The notes under the pieces: model-generated
Database searches by the model: none
What the model was told of the DNA's origin: nothing
The model's input: the letters and a program-made list of their open reading frames with translations, nothing else
Part shown: piece by piece, positions 20,501-31,746 of the stretch
Position numbering within the stretch: position 1 is the stretch's first letter
How the letters are laid out: every line of letters starts with the position of its first letter
NCBI GenBank assembly: GCA_963790205.1
Contig: CAWBNQ010000003.1
Location: 704,001-768,000 of the forward strand
DNA: 64,000 nt
Direction of reading: 5' to 3'
From: Nitrospirota bacterium
GTDB lineage: Bacteria > Nitrospirota > UBA9217
Position numbers and translations under genes: made by a program

Positions 20501-23500
20501 ACTCGAATGGCCAACTGGGAGACGGATCAGGGGCTGATCAATATGAACCGGTGCAAATTGGAAACGATACCGACTGGGCCGCTATCTCAGCAGGATCTTA
20601 TCATACGGTTGCTCTTAAGTCCGACGGGTCTTTATGGGCCTGGGGAGCAAACTCAAACGGTCAATTGGGAGATGGGTCAAGACTGGATCACTATGTTCCT
20701 GTCCGGGTCGAGGCTGATAACAATTGGGCTTCGATTTCGGCAGGATATGATTATACCGTGGTCCTCAAATCAGACGGGACGTTATGGGCGTGGGGAAGCA
20801 ACTCAAATGGTCAGTTGGGAGACGGGACAACTAATGATAAATACATTCCCGAACAGATAGGCGCGGAAAACACGTGGTCAATGGTTGCCGCCGGCGTGAT
20901 CCACACCTTGGCCCTGAAATCGAATGGAACGTTATGGACCTGGGGGGTGAACTGGTACGGCCAGCTCGGTGATGGAACGGAGCAGGATAGGATGACACCG
21001 CATTATACTTTTGCAGTCAGCGAGGCACTCGTTATAAACAACGGGGCGGCCGCGACGAACAACACGTCCGTTACCTTGACTCTGAATGCCTGGGATGTGA
21101 CAAGCGGATTGGCCTTCATGCAATTCAGCAACAATGGAGCAACGTGGTCGACTCCCGAGCCCTATACCTCGACCACGAATTGGGTGCTTGGTTCGGAGAA
21201 CGGAACGAAGACGGTGTATGCGATGTTCCAGGACGCGGCGGGGAACTGGTCCGCTCCTGTCAGCGCCTGGGTTATTCTAAACGCCGGGCCGACGAAAGTG
21301 AGCATTACCTCGCCAGTCGCCGGTTTTACGCAAAACAACGCGCCGTTGTTGAGTTTTGCGGTAAACAAGAGCGATACGGCGAATACCGTGAAGGTGGACG
21401 GCGTTGTGGTCAACAAGATCTCCGGCAACACGCTCGACGCTCTTGCCGAAGGTACGCACACGGTCCGGGTGGAAGCTGTTGATCCGAACGGAATAATGGG
21501 TTTTGCCGAGGTAACCTTTACGGTAGACAGCGTAATCCCGATCGTTACCATCACTGCCCCGGCAGCAGGCCTCTCGAACAACAATCAGCCCGTGCTCACT
21601 TACACGGTGAACAAAGATCAGACCTCGAATACGGTCAAGATTGACGGCGTTGCGGTCAACAAGACATCGGGTGATACGCTCGATGCGCTTACGGATGGTA
21701 TCCATAGACTGCGGGTTGAAACCACGGATCAGTACGGTTACCGTGCATTTACCGAGGTGTCCTTTACGGTGGACACGGAAGCGCCGGCAGGGATGGTTGC
21801 TTTGAAGTTCAAGTTCATTGACGCGGGAACGTATCATTCTACAGCAATTGCGCTGAATGGGACTTTATGGGCGTGGGGCCTAAACGGGGCCGGGCAACTG
21901 GGAGACGGAACGACAATCTCTAAACTTACGCCGACTTTGATAGGAACCGACACCGACTGGGCCGTGGTATCGGCCGGCGAGCTGCGTACGGTAGCGCTCA
22001 AGACGGACGGGAGTTTATGGGCTTGGGGAGCGAACAACAGCGGCCTGTTGGGAGACGGAACAAATGTTGATAGACACGTTCCGACCAGGATAGGAAGCGA
22101 TAAGGACTGGATTGCGATTTCAGCCGGCCAGGATCTCACTACTGCGCGTAAGTCAGACGGGTCCCTATGGGCTTGGGGATGGTTGGGAGACGGAGGGTAT
22201 TACGGAGGGTACGGTGATACCAATGTCCCTATCATGATAGGAGCGCCGGAATCTAGCGCGGTTTCTGCGGGTTCGACCACATTAACATATACCGGTAAAA
22301 CAGCGATAGGATTGCCGAAATCCAGTGCATTCTCTGCAAGCTTGAATACGGGGGAAGGCTATACGGGTTTGTATACCGATACCGGGGACGTCTCTGCGGG
22401 CGCTGCCTATCTCCTCGCGCTTCAAGAGGGGGCGCTATGGGCCGCAGGTCGGAATGATGCCGGTCAATTGGGCTTTAACGGATGCGAGCTCGAATTCTAT
22501 AGCTTCACCCAAGTGAGCACGGACACTAACTGGGCTGCCGTTTCGGCCGTAGCTGATCATAGCCAAGCGCTCAAGGCCGATGGGTCGTTATGGGCATGGG
22601 GAAACGGAGTGTCTGTCCCAACGAAAGTGGGGACTGATAATGATTGGGCCGCTGTTTCAGCAGGCGCGACCCATACGGTGGCGCTCAAGACCGATGGGAC
22701 GTTATGGGCGTGGGGGGTCAATACGTTTGGACAGCTCTGGGAGACGGTACCACTGTTGACAAACCTGCACCGATTCAAATAGGCTACGATACCAATTGGG
22801 CTACGGTCTCGGCCGGGGACGGCTTTACCCTGGCGCTCAAGTACGACGGAACGGTGTGGGCGTGGGGAATCAACTCGTCCGGCCAGCTGGGAGACGGAAC
22901 GACACAGAATCGCACGACGCCTCAACAAGTGCATTTCCCCGTCCTCGGATCGAACAATCCGATCGTGATAAATGGCGGCGCAGCCGTTACAAATAGCGCG
23001 TCCGTTACGTTGACGCTCTCCGTCTGGGACGCAACGAGCGGAACGGCATTCATGAAATTTAGCAACGACGGAGCATCCTGGACGGATCCCGAGCCTTATG
23101 CCACGACGAAGACCTGGGCACTCAGCCCTGGCGACGGCCCGAAGACGGTCTTTGCCATGTTCCAGGACAGAGCGGGTAACTGGTCGCTGCCGTATACCGC
23201 AATGATCGCTCTTGACACTGTCGCCCCGACCGTAGTCATAACCTCGCCGGTTTCCGGTCTTACAGACTACAACCGACCGCTTTTGGAATATACGGCGAAC
23301 GAGGGCATCGTTATCGTGAAAGTTGACGGTGTTGCTGTCAGCACAACATCAGGCAACACGCTCGATATTCTGGCCGACGGGAGTCATACTATCCGCGTTG
23401 AAGCAGCGGATGCAGCCGGAAACGTCGGCTACGCAGAAGCGACCCTCACTGTCGATGCCGTCGCGCCAACCGTATCGATAGCCTCGCCGTCAGCCGTGGC

Positions 23501-25172
23501 AACGAACAACAATACTCCAATGCTCACGTACTCCGTTAGCGATGGGACCGTCGTCGTAAAGGTGGACGGGGCAACAGTCAATAAGGTTTCGGGCAGTACG
23601 CTTGATCTACTTGCCGATGGAAGCCATACTGTGCGGGTAGAGTCAACGGACACGCGCGGCCGCACGAGTTTTGCGGAGGCGGTCTTCACGGTGGATACCG
23701 TTACGCCTGTCGTGTCTATAACATCGCCGGCCTCCGGTCTCACGAACAACAAAACACCGATGCTGACGTACGCGGCGAGCGATGGGACTGTTGTCGTCAA
23801 GGTCGATGGCGTTGTGGTGAACAACGTATCGGGCAGCACGCTCGCAGCGCTTTCCGACGGCAGCCACACCGTGCGCGTTGAAGCCGCGGACGCAGCTGGG
23901 AACGTAGGCTCAGCGCAGGTGAGTATCACCGTCGACACGACCCCGCCGACCGTAGCCATAACCTCGCCGATTGCAGGCACTACGAACCTCAATACGCTGC
24001 CCCTGATCTACACGGTAAACGACGGCGATGTCGTTGTGAAGGTGGACGGATCAGTCGTCAACATGGCCTCAGGCAGCACGCTCGACAATCTCACCAACGG
24101 CAGCCACAGCGTGCGTGTGGAAGCAACGGACGCGGTCGGCAACGCCAGTTTCGCCGAAGTGACTTTTACGGTGGACACCGCATCCGCAGGCAATGACGAC
24201 ACGAATATTTACTGCAAAGGCACCGGGACCTACCTTGTCGGACCGAGCAACTTCACCAGCGGGATCACCGTTCCATCGTCAAACAACGCCGTCCTGATCG
24301 CCTCGCCTGCAAACGGATGGACAATAAACGGACCAAGGACTATAATCAAAGGCGCAATGGACACGACAATACCGGTCAACAGCGTTATGGTACTGGTGAG
24401 CGGTAGTACAGGCACCGCAAGCTACGCAGCCCAGGTCAACGGGAAGTACTTTGCCGCCCAGATACCGGTAACCGCGGACATCAATACCATATCGGCCATT
24501 GCCACTGACCAGACGGGCACTCAACACCAAGCGAGCGTGTCGGTTACAGTCACAACCCAGCTGAACACAGTAACGCTTTCGGCCGCGCCGAATGTCGGCA
24601 TTCCAACCTTAAAGCAAGACGGCCAGACCACGCTAGATGTCTCTCTTATGTCGACACCTACGATTACAACCCAGGTCAGGAGCTATGCATGGGACTTCAA
24701 CGGGGCAGGTTCAAACGCAGTGATCTGCTATAGCCACTCCAATGTAACGGCGAGCTATCAGCAGACGGGTCTGTATCTTGCGACAGCGACTGTTGCTGAT
24801 ACGGCAGGGAACAGGTTTACCGATACGGCGATTGTGAATGTGCTGGATATTGCCAGTACGGATACGTTATTTAAGCAAATATGGACTGGGATGAAACAAA
24901 AGCTGTCTAACCAGGACGTTGAAGGTGCGGTGATCTACATCAATAATAATGGAGCAAGGGCAAAATACCGTGAGCTCTTCCAGCAGCTCTTGCCGCATCT
25001 TCCCACGATTGCCTTAAATATGAAAGATATCTCTTTAGATCATGTCAGTTCTGATGTGGCTGAATATAGAATAAGCCGAGCAGAAAATGTTAATGGCCAA
25101 ATGATGGAAATAACATACTTTATCTACTTCAGAAAAGATGAAAATGGGGTCTGGCAACTTGAAAGTTTCTGA
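17570..25172 (+). pseudogene. Remainder of the giant surface protein: 4-Cys domain, Ig-like repeats, NIDO-like region, two RCC1/BLIP-II propellers, PKD-like and C-terminal domains; 2-nt frameshift at 22735-22738
   Basis: Many [22 protein letters not shown] repeats and [14 protein letters not shown] Ig repeats. CAGCTCTGGGAGAC versus CAGCTGGGAGAC in the sister repeat at ~22884. Confidence 0.88.
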
Positions 25173-25205
25173 GGATAGAACCCGATTGCATAGGGAGACA
25201 ATTTC

Positions 25206-25844
25206 ATGATCAAAAAAATACCGGAACGGAAAAGACCATGCATGATTGTCATAGCGTTAATAATGGTGCTGCTCACCATGAACGGCAAATGGATCATCTT
25301 CCATGATTCATCGATAACGGGCTACGTAATAGACGCTGAGACGCGCAAACCGTTGGAAGGGGTTGTCGTGGCGGGGCTGTGGGAACTGACGCAGTATTTC
25401 AGTCATGGGTCCGGCGGTTATGCGAAAATAAGCCTCGTAGAAACCGACAAAGAAGGCAGGTTTAAGATTCCTTGTTGGCTCACCTTTAAACCCTGGACAT
25501 TTAATTCCAGTATGAGCGATGGCGCTCCGATAATTGTTATATATAAGCCAGGGTATAAGTTCTCTCATAGAGTTTTGCTAGCCCGTTACTCACACGATAT
25601 TGCTATGTCAGAAGAAGAAAGGCAGTATTTAAAAGAAACTAACAGCATTGAACCTGCGAAATTGAATAAAGTTTCGACTGATAAGGAGAGAATTCAAAAT
25701 TACGATGATTTAAAAACGACCATGAGCTTTCCGAGTTGGCATTATTCGAAAAAACAAACCCAAACAATTTATGATGCTCTTAGAGAAGAAATATCGTATC
25801 TCCCTATAGAAAAAGCTAATAAATTCGATGTTGGTGCCAACTGA
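25206..25844 (+). CDS. Exported protein with a carboxypeptidase-regulatory-like (prealbumin-fold) domain; candidate immunity or accessory protein
   Basis: N-terminal hydrophobic anchor, G.VIDAET.KPLEGVVV...W, TDKEGRFKIP, IYKPGY. Confidence 0.7.
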   Translation: MIKKIPERKRPCMIVIALIMVLLTMNGKWIIFHDSSITGYVIDAETRKPLEGVVVAGLWELTQYFSHGSGGYAKISLVETDKEGRFKIPCWLTFKPWTFNSSMSDGAPIIVIYKPGYKFSHRVLLARYSHDIAMSEEERQYLKETNSIEPAKLNKVSTDKERIQNYDDLKTTMSFPSWHYSKKQTQTIYDALREEISYLPIEKANKFDVGAN

Positions 25845-25874
25845 TGAGAATGGAAATATACGAGGGCTAACGAT

Positions 25875-28016
25875 ATGAAAAAAATAATCGGCTTTGTCTT
25901 GCTTTTATTGATACCAATAACGTCGCTTGGCTACGAAGTAAATGTGCATAAAGAAATAACAAAAAATGCCATTGCCTCATCAAGTATTGAGCAGTATTTA
26001 TTAAATAACCTCAATATAACATTGAAAAAAGATAAATTTGCATCAGATATATTTCGTAGTGAAACTGCCGAGGACTGGATGAAAGATGGCAGCGATTGGG
26101 AGGACAGCGACGCGACCCAAAGCTGGCTCAATCATTTTTATGATCCTACAACGGAGCAAGGATTAACGGGACCGGGCTTAAATGGTTCAGTAACAACCTG
26201 GGGGCAGCCGTCGCTCGTTTGGGGGAAAGATTACGTTGCAAATCTATGGAATTGGCATTGGGCGCGGGATGCGTACTACAACGCTTTGACGAATGCGGAT
26301 GCGGGTCTTAGAGACTTTTATAACGCAAAATTCTTCAGAAGTTTGGGTCAGGTAATGCATCTGGTTCAAGATTTGGCCAGCCCTGCCCATGTAAGGAATG
26401 ATCCGCATGGCGCACCGGGCGTACATTCTGATATGTACGAGATCTACACAAGAGATGCAGTCAATAATGGGAAGCCATTAAATTACACCGGCTATCCTGC
26501 AGTGGATCTTGGGACATTTAACAACTTTGACTCATTTTGGAAAAATGACGGGAAAGGTCTTGCAGAGTTTACAAACAGTAATTTTCTCAGCCGTGATACA
26601 AACTTCGGTACTGCCGGATACAGTATATATAAAGCTCCCAGTTATATCGGAGAAGGGATAGAAACTGAAACTGTTAAGGTCCTTCAATGGAATGGGCCGG
26701 ATGATTATTCTCCGCAGCTGGTGGATGAACAGGTTAATGTTAGATATTTTCAAGGTTACGCTGCCGACAATTATCGGAATAATCAGTCAGGACCTATAAA
26801 TCACTTAACAACTCTTTCTTATTTTGATTTTGAGGCTCAGCAATACGTCGGTAGCCGCGTATTTTCCTTAAATGACAAGGTCCATGATGATTATGCGCAA
26901 TACCTCATCCCCCGCGCCGTGGGCTACTCCGCCGGGCTTCTGAACTACTTCTTCCGCGGTACCCTCGATGTATCCTGGCCCGAAACCGGCGTCTACTCCA
27001 TCGCAGACGGCAGCCAGACGCCCTACACCGACGCACATGACAATCAGCACCAGCAGTTCACAATGATCAAAGCATCGATACTGAACACCACCCCGAACGA
27101 TACAATAGGCACCGGCACTCTCACGGCAGTAGCGCGGTACAAAATCATCCCCAATTACGCCCCCGATCTCTCAAACTACCCGCCGGACCCAGCGACAATG
27201 GCGTCGGTGTCGTATTCCTATTCTGTATCTAACGCGAAAACATTGACCAGTGAAGAGACCACGGCCATAAATACGGACTATGCCGATATCACCTTCGATT
27301 TCACCAATAGTCCCATCCCCGCAGGCATTACCGATCTCACGCTCCAGGTCGTGTTCAAAGGCACGATCGGCAACGAAGCAGACAACGCCATAGCCGTCGG
27401 CATGAAAGACATCACGGAACCCACGCACCTCGTGTTCTGGAACCTGTCGGATATGTTCTCCCTATCGTACCCCTCCGGCTCGGAATACGTCCTGTATACC
27501 TTTGAAACACTGCAAGCCATGGCGCAGCCGGGTACGGGGCTGTTAACCTTTCTGGATGACACGGGAGACAAATCATTAGATGATGAACTGTACTTACAGC
27601 CTGTCCCCTATACATTCAATATTTCATTCTGGAACGGCCAGGCAATGAGTCCGGCAGTAAACGTAGTTATTCCCCCAGGCCGGCATATCCGGATGATCGT
27701 GCTCACAAATCAGAGCACGAACAACTACTACGAATTGAAGTGGACCGACCCGACCCGTTCCGGCACCGTGACCAGCCCGTTCCCCGGGGTGGTGAACCAG
27801 GCAGACCAGAGCGGCGCTTACGGCACGCCGACACCTGTGGACACCTTCCGTCAAGGATACGGACCGGATGGCCAAACGCTCGTGCCGATCATCCAGCACA
27901 GTTACGATGGCATAGTCGGGTGTAAACCGGGGAACGGCACCTACTGTCCTTATCCCGACGAGGAAGCGGAGCCCGCCAGTTTGACGCCGATACCGTTCAC
28001 GTCGGATTTCAATTAA
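25875..28016 (+). CDS. Secreted protein with an N-terminal Zn-dependent phospholipase C / P1 nuclease-fold domain and an unknown beta-rich C-terminal region
   Basis: Signal peptide then YEVNVH, WED, NHFYDP, LGQVMHLVQDLASPAHVRNDPH, YE. This matches the ligand order of trinuclear Zn PLC/P1 enzymes. Confidence 0.72.
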   Translation: MKKIIGFVLLLLIPITSLGYEVNVHKEITKNAIASSSIEQYLLNNLNITLKKDKFASDIFRSETAEDWMKDGSDWEDSDATQSWLNHFYDPTTEQGLTGPGLNGSVTTWGQPSLVWGKDYVANLWNWHWARDAYYNALTNADAGLRDFYNAKFFRSLGQVMHLVQDLASPAHVRNDPHGAPGVHSDMYEIYTRDAVNNGKPLNYTGYPAVDLGTFNNFDSFWKNDGKGLAEFTNSNFLSRDTNFGTAGYSIYKAPSYIGEGIETETVKVLQWNGPDDYSPQLVDEQVNVRYFQGYAADNYRNNQSGPINHLTTLSYFDFEAQQYVGSRVFSLNDKVHDDYAQYLIPRAVGYSAGLLNYFFRGTLDVSWPETGVYSIADGSQTPYTDAHDNQHQQFTMIKASILNTTPNDTIGTGTLTAVARYKIIPNYAPDLSNYPPDPATMASVSYSYSVSNAKTLTSEETTAINTDYADITFDFTNSPIPAGITDLTLQVVFKGTIGNEADNAIAVGMKDITEPTHLVFWNLSDMFSLSYPSGSEYVLYTFETLQAMAQPGTGLLTFLDDTGDKSLDDELYLQPVPYTFNISFWNGQAMSPAVNVVIPPGRHIRMIVLTNQSTNNYYELKWTDPTRSGTVTSPFPGVVNQADQSGAYGTPTPVDTFRQGYGPDGQTLVPIIQHSYDGIVGCKPGNGTYCPYPDEEAEPASLTPIPFTSDFN

Positions 28017-28030
28017 GAACCGGTCATTCG

Positions 28031-28081
28031 CTCGACACTCTCACCGACGGTAGCCACGCCGTGCGTGTGGAGGCAACGGAC
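28031..28081 (+). pseudogene. Orphan fragment of the giant protein's Ig repeat
   Basis: Encodes LDTLTDGSHAVRVEATD. 45/51 nt identical to 24081-24131. Confidence 0.8.
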
Positions 28082-28156
28082 CTGACAATTTTGGGAACCT
28101 TGTTTCTATCTATGCTTTCCTCTTGACAAGAGTATCCTTCTCAATAGAATCGCATC

Positions 28157-28228
28157 ATGCCACGACAGGCCCGCCTTGATGTCCCCGGAGCATTACATCA
28201 CATCATCACCGGGAATAGCAGGTGTTAG
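28157..28228 (+). pseudogene. N-terminal remnant of a REP-associated tyrosine (Y1 HUH, RAYT-like) transposase
   Basis: MPRQARLDVPGALHHII then an early stop. Preceded by TTGACA(28123)-16 nt-TAGAAT(28145). Confidence 0.7.
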
Positions 28229-28491
28229 CTGCAATACCGGGCACATCATCCTGCTCTTAAAAAACAGACCTTCGAGCTCACAGCCCGCCAAAAAACATTT
28301 TGCAAAAAGCCTTTCTCTGTGCTAAAGTACTGACAAAAGCGCCTGAAATTTCAATTGATTATTAAAAACCGTTAATGCTCCGTGCTGCGCTTTGCTATCC
28401 TGTGCATGCGCCTGTCACGGCCGGGCAGAGACCGATACTATTCCGCCGTTATGAGGAGATTTCTCCGGTCAAGCGGACCGGAGGAGAGCCT

Positions 28492-28686
28492 ATGGAACCG
28501 ATCATGTGCCCCTTTTGCGGGGGAACGAACCTTTTTCAGGAAGACGATTACAGCCTCGAGATGGACTTCGAATACTGGACCATACACCATTGGGAGTGTC
28601 TGGACTGTGCGCAGTCCTTCGACAAGATAGAAATACTTCCCGCGTCCAATGCGTTCGAGGAGATCAACGAGAGCACCATACACTGA
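28492..28686 (+). CDS. Small acidic zinc-ribbon protein (64 aa)
   Basis: GGAGGAG RBS. CPFCGG...CLDC pair of CxxC motifs. Confidence 0.7.
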   Translation: MEPIMCPFCGGTNLFQEDDYSLEMDFEYWTIHHWECLDCAQSFDKIEILPASNAFEEINESTIH

Positions 28687-28703
28687 CGAGGGACGAAGAG
28701 AAA

Positions 28704-28738
28704 GTAAGAAGTAAGAAGTAAGAAGTAAGAAGAAAGAA
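28704..28738. repeat. Heptamer tandem repeat (GTAAGAA)4 + GAAAGAA
   Basis: Read directly. Same unit at 60261. Confidence 0.9.
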
Positions 28739-28778
28739 GAAAAAACTCTAGCGCCGGCATACATCAAGCGAAGAACGA

Positions 28779-29954
28779 ATGACGACGAGATCCATCGATA
28801 ACGCGCGGGAACGGGCAGCGTCGCCCCTGTCGCTGCTGCCTGCTTCGGACCGGCCGACGGCGGCCTTCATCGACCTTGCTGCTCTTGCGCACAATTTTCA
28901 GGAAGTGCGCAGCCGGGCGCAGGGGCGAAAGGTCCTCGCCGTGGTCAAGGCTCAGGCCTACGGACACGGCGCGATACGCGCATCAAAACACCTCCTGGAG
29001 CTCGGCGCGGACACGCTCGGCGTCGCGCTCGTCGAAGAGGGCAGGGAGCTCCGCGAAGCGGGCATCGACGCCCCCATTCTCGTGATGGGCGCGGTCGTCC
29101 CCGGCCAGGCGGAGGCGCTTGTCGCCCTCCGGCTGACCCCGGTCGTGTTCACGCCGGCAATGGCCCGCGCGCTCTCCAGCGCCGCGCTCAGGCTGAAGAC
29201 AGCGGTCCCCGTTCACGTAAAGATCGACACGGGCATGGGCAGGATCGGCATCGCGCCCGAAGCCGCGCCCGCTTTTATCAGGGAGCTGCGGGACCTGGAA
29301 GGCCTCACGGTGCAGGGGCTGATGACGCACTTTGCCGAGGCGGACCTGCGGGACAAGCAGTTCGCGTCAATGCAGATGGACCGCTTCGGAACGCTGCTGA
29401 AGGAGCTCGACGCCCACGGGGCCGCGATCCCCCTCCGCCACGCGGCCAACAGCGCCGCCCTGCTCGATTACCGGCAGGCGCTCTTCACGATGGTCAGGCC
29501 GGGGCTCATGCTCTACGGGTACAATCCGCTCGAAGGGAAGACCGCGGGCGCGGACCTCTTGCCCGTGCTTTCCCTGGTGACGCGCATCGTGTTCCTCAAA
29601 AAGGTCCCGGCCGGCGTCCCCATCAGCTACGGCCGGACCTTTGTCACCGCGCGGGAAAGCCTTATCGCCACCGTCCCGATCGGGTATGCCGACGGTTACA
29701 GCCGCGGCCTCTCGAACAAAGGCGAAGCCCTCGTGCGGGGCGTCAGGGCGCGCGTTGCGGGCAGGGTCTGCATGGACATGTGCATGCTCGATGTGACCGA
29801 GGTCCCCGGCGTCTGCGAGGGCGACGAGGTCGTGTTGCTCGGGAAACAGGGCGGCCAGCGGATCACGGCGGACGAGCTCGCCGTCAAGACCGGCACGATC
29901 GCCTACGAAGTCCTCTGCGGCATCGGCAGCCGGGTGCCGCGGGTATACGTCTGA
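28779..29954 (+). CDS. alr: Alanine racemase
   Basis: AVVKAQAYGHG (PLP lysine), HVKIDTGMGRIG, HAANSAA, VRPGLMLYG, SYG, GYADG, GRVCMD. Confidence 0.97.
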   Translation: MTTRSIDNARERAASPLSLLPASDRPTAAFIDLAALAHNFQEVRSRAQGRKVLAVVKAQAYGHGAIRASKHLLELGADTLGVALVEEGRELREAGIDAPILVMGAVVPGQAEALVALRLTPVVFTPAMARALSSAALRLKTAVPVHVKIDTGMGRIGIAPEAAPAFIRELRDLEGLTVQGLMTHFAEADLRDKQFASMQMDRFGTLLKELDAHGAAIPLRHAANSAALLDYRQALFTMVRPGLMLYGYNPLEGKTAGADLLPVLSLVTRIVFLKKVPAGVPISYGRTFVTARESLIATVPIGYADGYSRGLSNKGEALVRGVRARVAGRVCMDMCMLDVTEVPGVCEGDEVVLLGKQGGQRITADELAVKTGTIAYEVLCGIGSRVPRVYV

Positions 29955-30079
29955 AGGCCTTCCTGCTCGAAAACGGGAAGCCAATGGGAAATTAAAAATT
30001 GGAAATTGACGGTTGCAACCTGAAATTTTATAGTTCTCATTGTTGCGAAGAGGGTCATAGGACGACAGAATGCATATCC

Positions 30080-30154
30080 CGTCATTCCGGGCTTGACCCG
30101 GAATCCAGTGATTTTACGATGAGACGCCGGACTCCCGCTTTCGCGGGATTGACG
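30080..30154. repeat. REP/RPE-like double-hairpin palindrome
   Basis: CGTCATTCCGGGCTTGACCCGGAATCCAG...TCCCGCTTTCGCGGGATTGACG. Related copy at 46273-46343. Confidence 0.75.
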
Positions 30155-30213
30155 AACACGTTCGCGTTTCTCATGAGCACCTTGGTACCTCTTCAATTGG
30201 GGCGAAGCTCCGC

Positions 30214-30984
30214 ATGAATAACTGGCTGGAGAAACTGGGCGACAAGGTCTTTCTGCTGCTGAGCGAGATGGGGAAAGTGCTCATATTCCTCGGCCAGACG
30301 CTCCGCTGGACGTTCAGCAGCCCCTTCTATGTGAAGAACGTCCTGAAGCAGATGGAGGAGATCGGCGTCAACTCCGTCCCGGTCGTGATGACCACGGCCA
30401 TTTCGACGGGCATGGTGCTGGCGCTCCAGAGCTATACGGGGTTCAAGCGTTTCGGCGCCGAGTCGCTCATCGGAGCGGTCGTGTCCCTCTCCATGACGAG
30501 GGAGCTCGGCCCCGTGCTCACGGGCCTCATGGTGGCCGGCCGCGCGGGGGCGTCCATGGCCGCCGAGCTCGGGACCATGAAGGTGACGGAGCAGATCGAT
30601 GCGCTCACGACCCTTGCCACGAACCCGATGAAATACCTCGTGGTGCCCCGGTTCGTCGCGAGCACGGTGATGATGTTCTTTCTCACGATCCTCGGCATGA
30701 TGATCGGCGTCACCGGCGGGTATTTCGTCGGCGTCAAGGTCCTCGGCACAAACCCGGTAACCTATTACAACCAGAGCATCAACAATACGAATGTGAACGA
30801 TATCTGGTACGGGCTGGTCAAGGCCCTCGTCTTCGGCGCGGTCGTCGGCCTGATCGGCTGCTACAAGGGGTTCAATACCGAGGGCGGCGCGGAAGGCGTG
30901 GGCAAGGCCACGACCGGCGCGGTGGTCATTTCCTGCATGCTCATCCTGATCCTGGACTATTTCCTGTCCGCGCTGTTATGGTGA
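30214..30984 (+). CDS. mlaE: MlaE lipid asymmetry ABC permease
   Basis: RELGPVLTGLMVAGRAG, AELGTMKVTEQIDAL, GAEGVGKATT.AVV. Confidence 0.96.
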   Translation: MNNWLEKLGDKVFLLLSEMGKVLIFLGQTLRWTFSSPFYVKNVLKQMEEIGVNSVPVVMTTAISTGMVLALQSYTGFKRFGAESLIGAVVSLSMTRELGPVLTGLMVAGRAGASMAAELGTMKVTEQIDALTTLATNPMKYLVVPRFVASTVMMFFLTILGMMIGVTGGYFVGVKVLGTNPVTYYNQSINNTNVNDIWYGLVKALVFGAVVGLIGCYKGFNTEGGAEGVGKATTGAVVISCMLILILDYFLSALLW

Positions 30985-30988
30985 CGCC

Positions 30989-31741
30989 ATGGCGATGATC
31001 GAGCTCATCGATTTGCACAAGAGTTTCGGCAGCCTCCCGGTGCTCCGCGGCGTGAACCTCGCGGTGGAAAAAGGCGAGAGCATGACGGTGATCGGCGGCA
31101 GCGGCAGCGGCAAGAGCGTGATCCTGAAGCATATCATCGGGCTGTTGTTCCCGGACAGGGGCAGGGTGGTCATCGAGGGCCAGGTCCTGAACGACCTCGA
31201 TGAGTTCGACCTGAACGAGCTGCGGAAGAAGTTCGGCATGCTGTTCCAGATGGCCGCGCTCTTCGATTCCCTTACGGTCTGGGAGAACGTGGGGTTTTCG
31301 CTCAAACAGCATACGAAGCTCTCGGACCGGGAGATCAGGAAGGTCGCGACCGAGAAGCTGGCCCTTGTCGGGCTCAAAGACGTCGAGGACAAGATGCCGT
31401 CGGAGCTTTCCGGCGGCATGAAAAAGAGGGTGGGGCTCGCTCGCGCGATCTGCATGGACGCGGAGATCATCCTGTATGACGAGCCCACGACAGGGCTCGA
31501 TCCGATAACCGCGGACTCGATCAATGACCTGATCATAGACCTGAGAAAAAAGCTGGGGGTAACGTCGGTGTCGATCACGCACGACATGCAGAGCGCGTAT
31601 AAGATCTCGGACCGGATCGCCATGCTGTACAAGGGCGAGATCATCGAGATCGGCACGCCCGATGCGATCAGGAGTTCCACGAACCCGATCGTGCACCAGT
31701 TCATTACCGGCAGCGCGGTGGGGCCGATAACGGCGGAATGA
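30989..31741 (+). CDS. mlaF: MlaF ABC ATP-binding protein
   Basis: GGSGSGKS, LFQMAALFDSL, LSGGMKKRVGLARA, YDEPTTGLDP. Confidence 0.95.
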   Translation: MAMIELIDLHKSFGSLPVLRGVNLAVEKGESMTVIGGSGSGKSVILKHIIGLLFPDRGRVVIEGQVLNDLDEFDLNELRKKFGMLFQMAALFDSLTVWENVGFSLKQHTKLSDREIRKVATEKLALVGLKDVEDKMPSELSGGMKKRVGLARAICMDAEIILYDEPTTGLDPITADSINDLIIDLRKKLGVTSVSITHDMQSAYKISDRIAMLYKGEIIEIGTPDAIRSSTNPIVHQFITGSAVGPITAE

Positions 31742-31746
31742 TTTCA

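Noticed and set aside
19980..22930. Diversity-generating retroelement TR/VR among the RCC1 repeats
   Set aside because: There is no reverse transcriptase, and differences between repeats are not adenine-specific.
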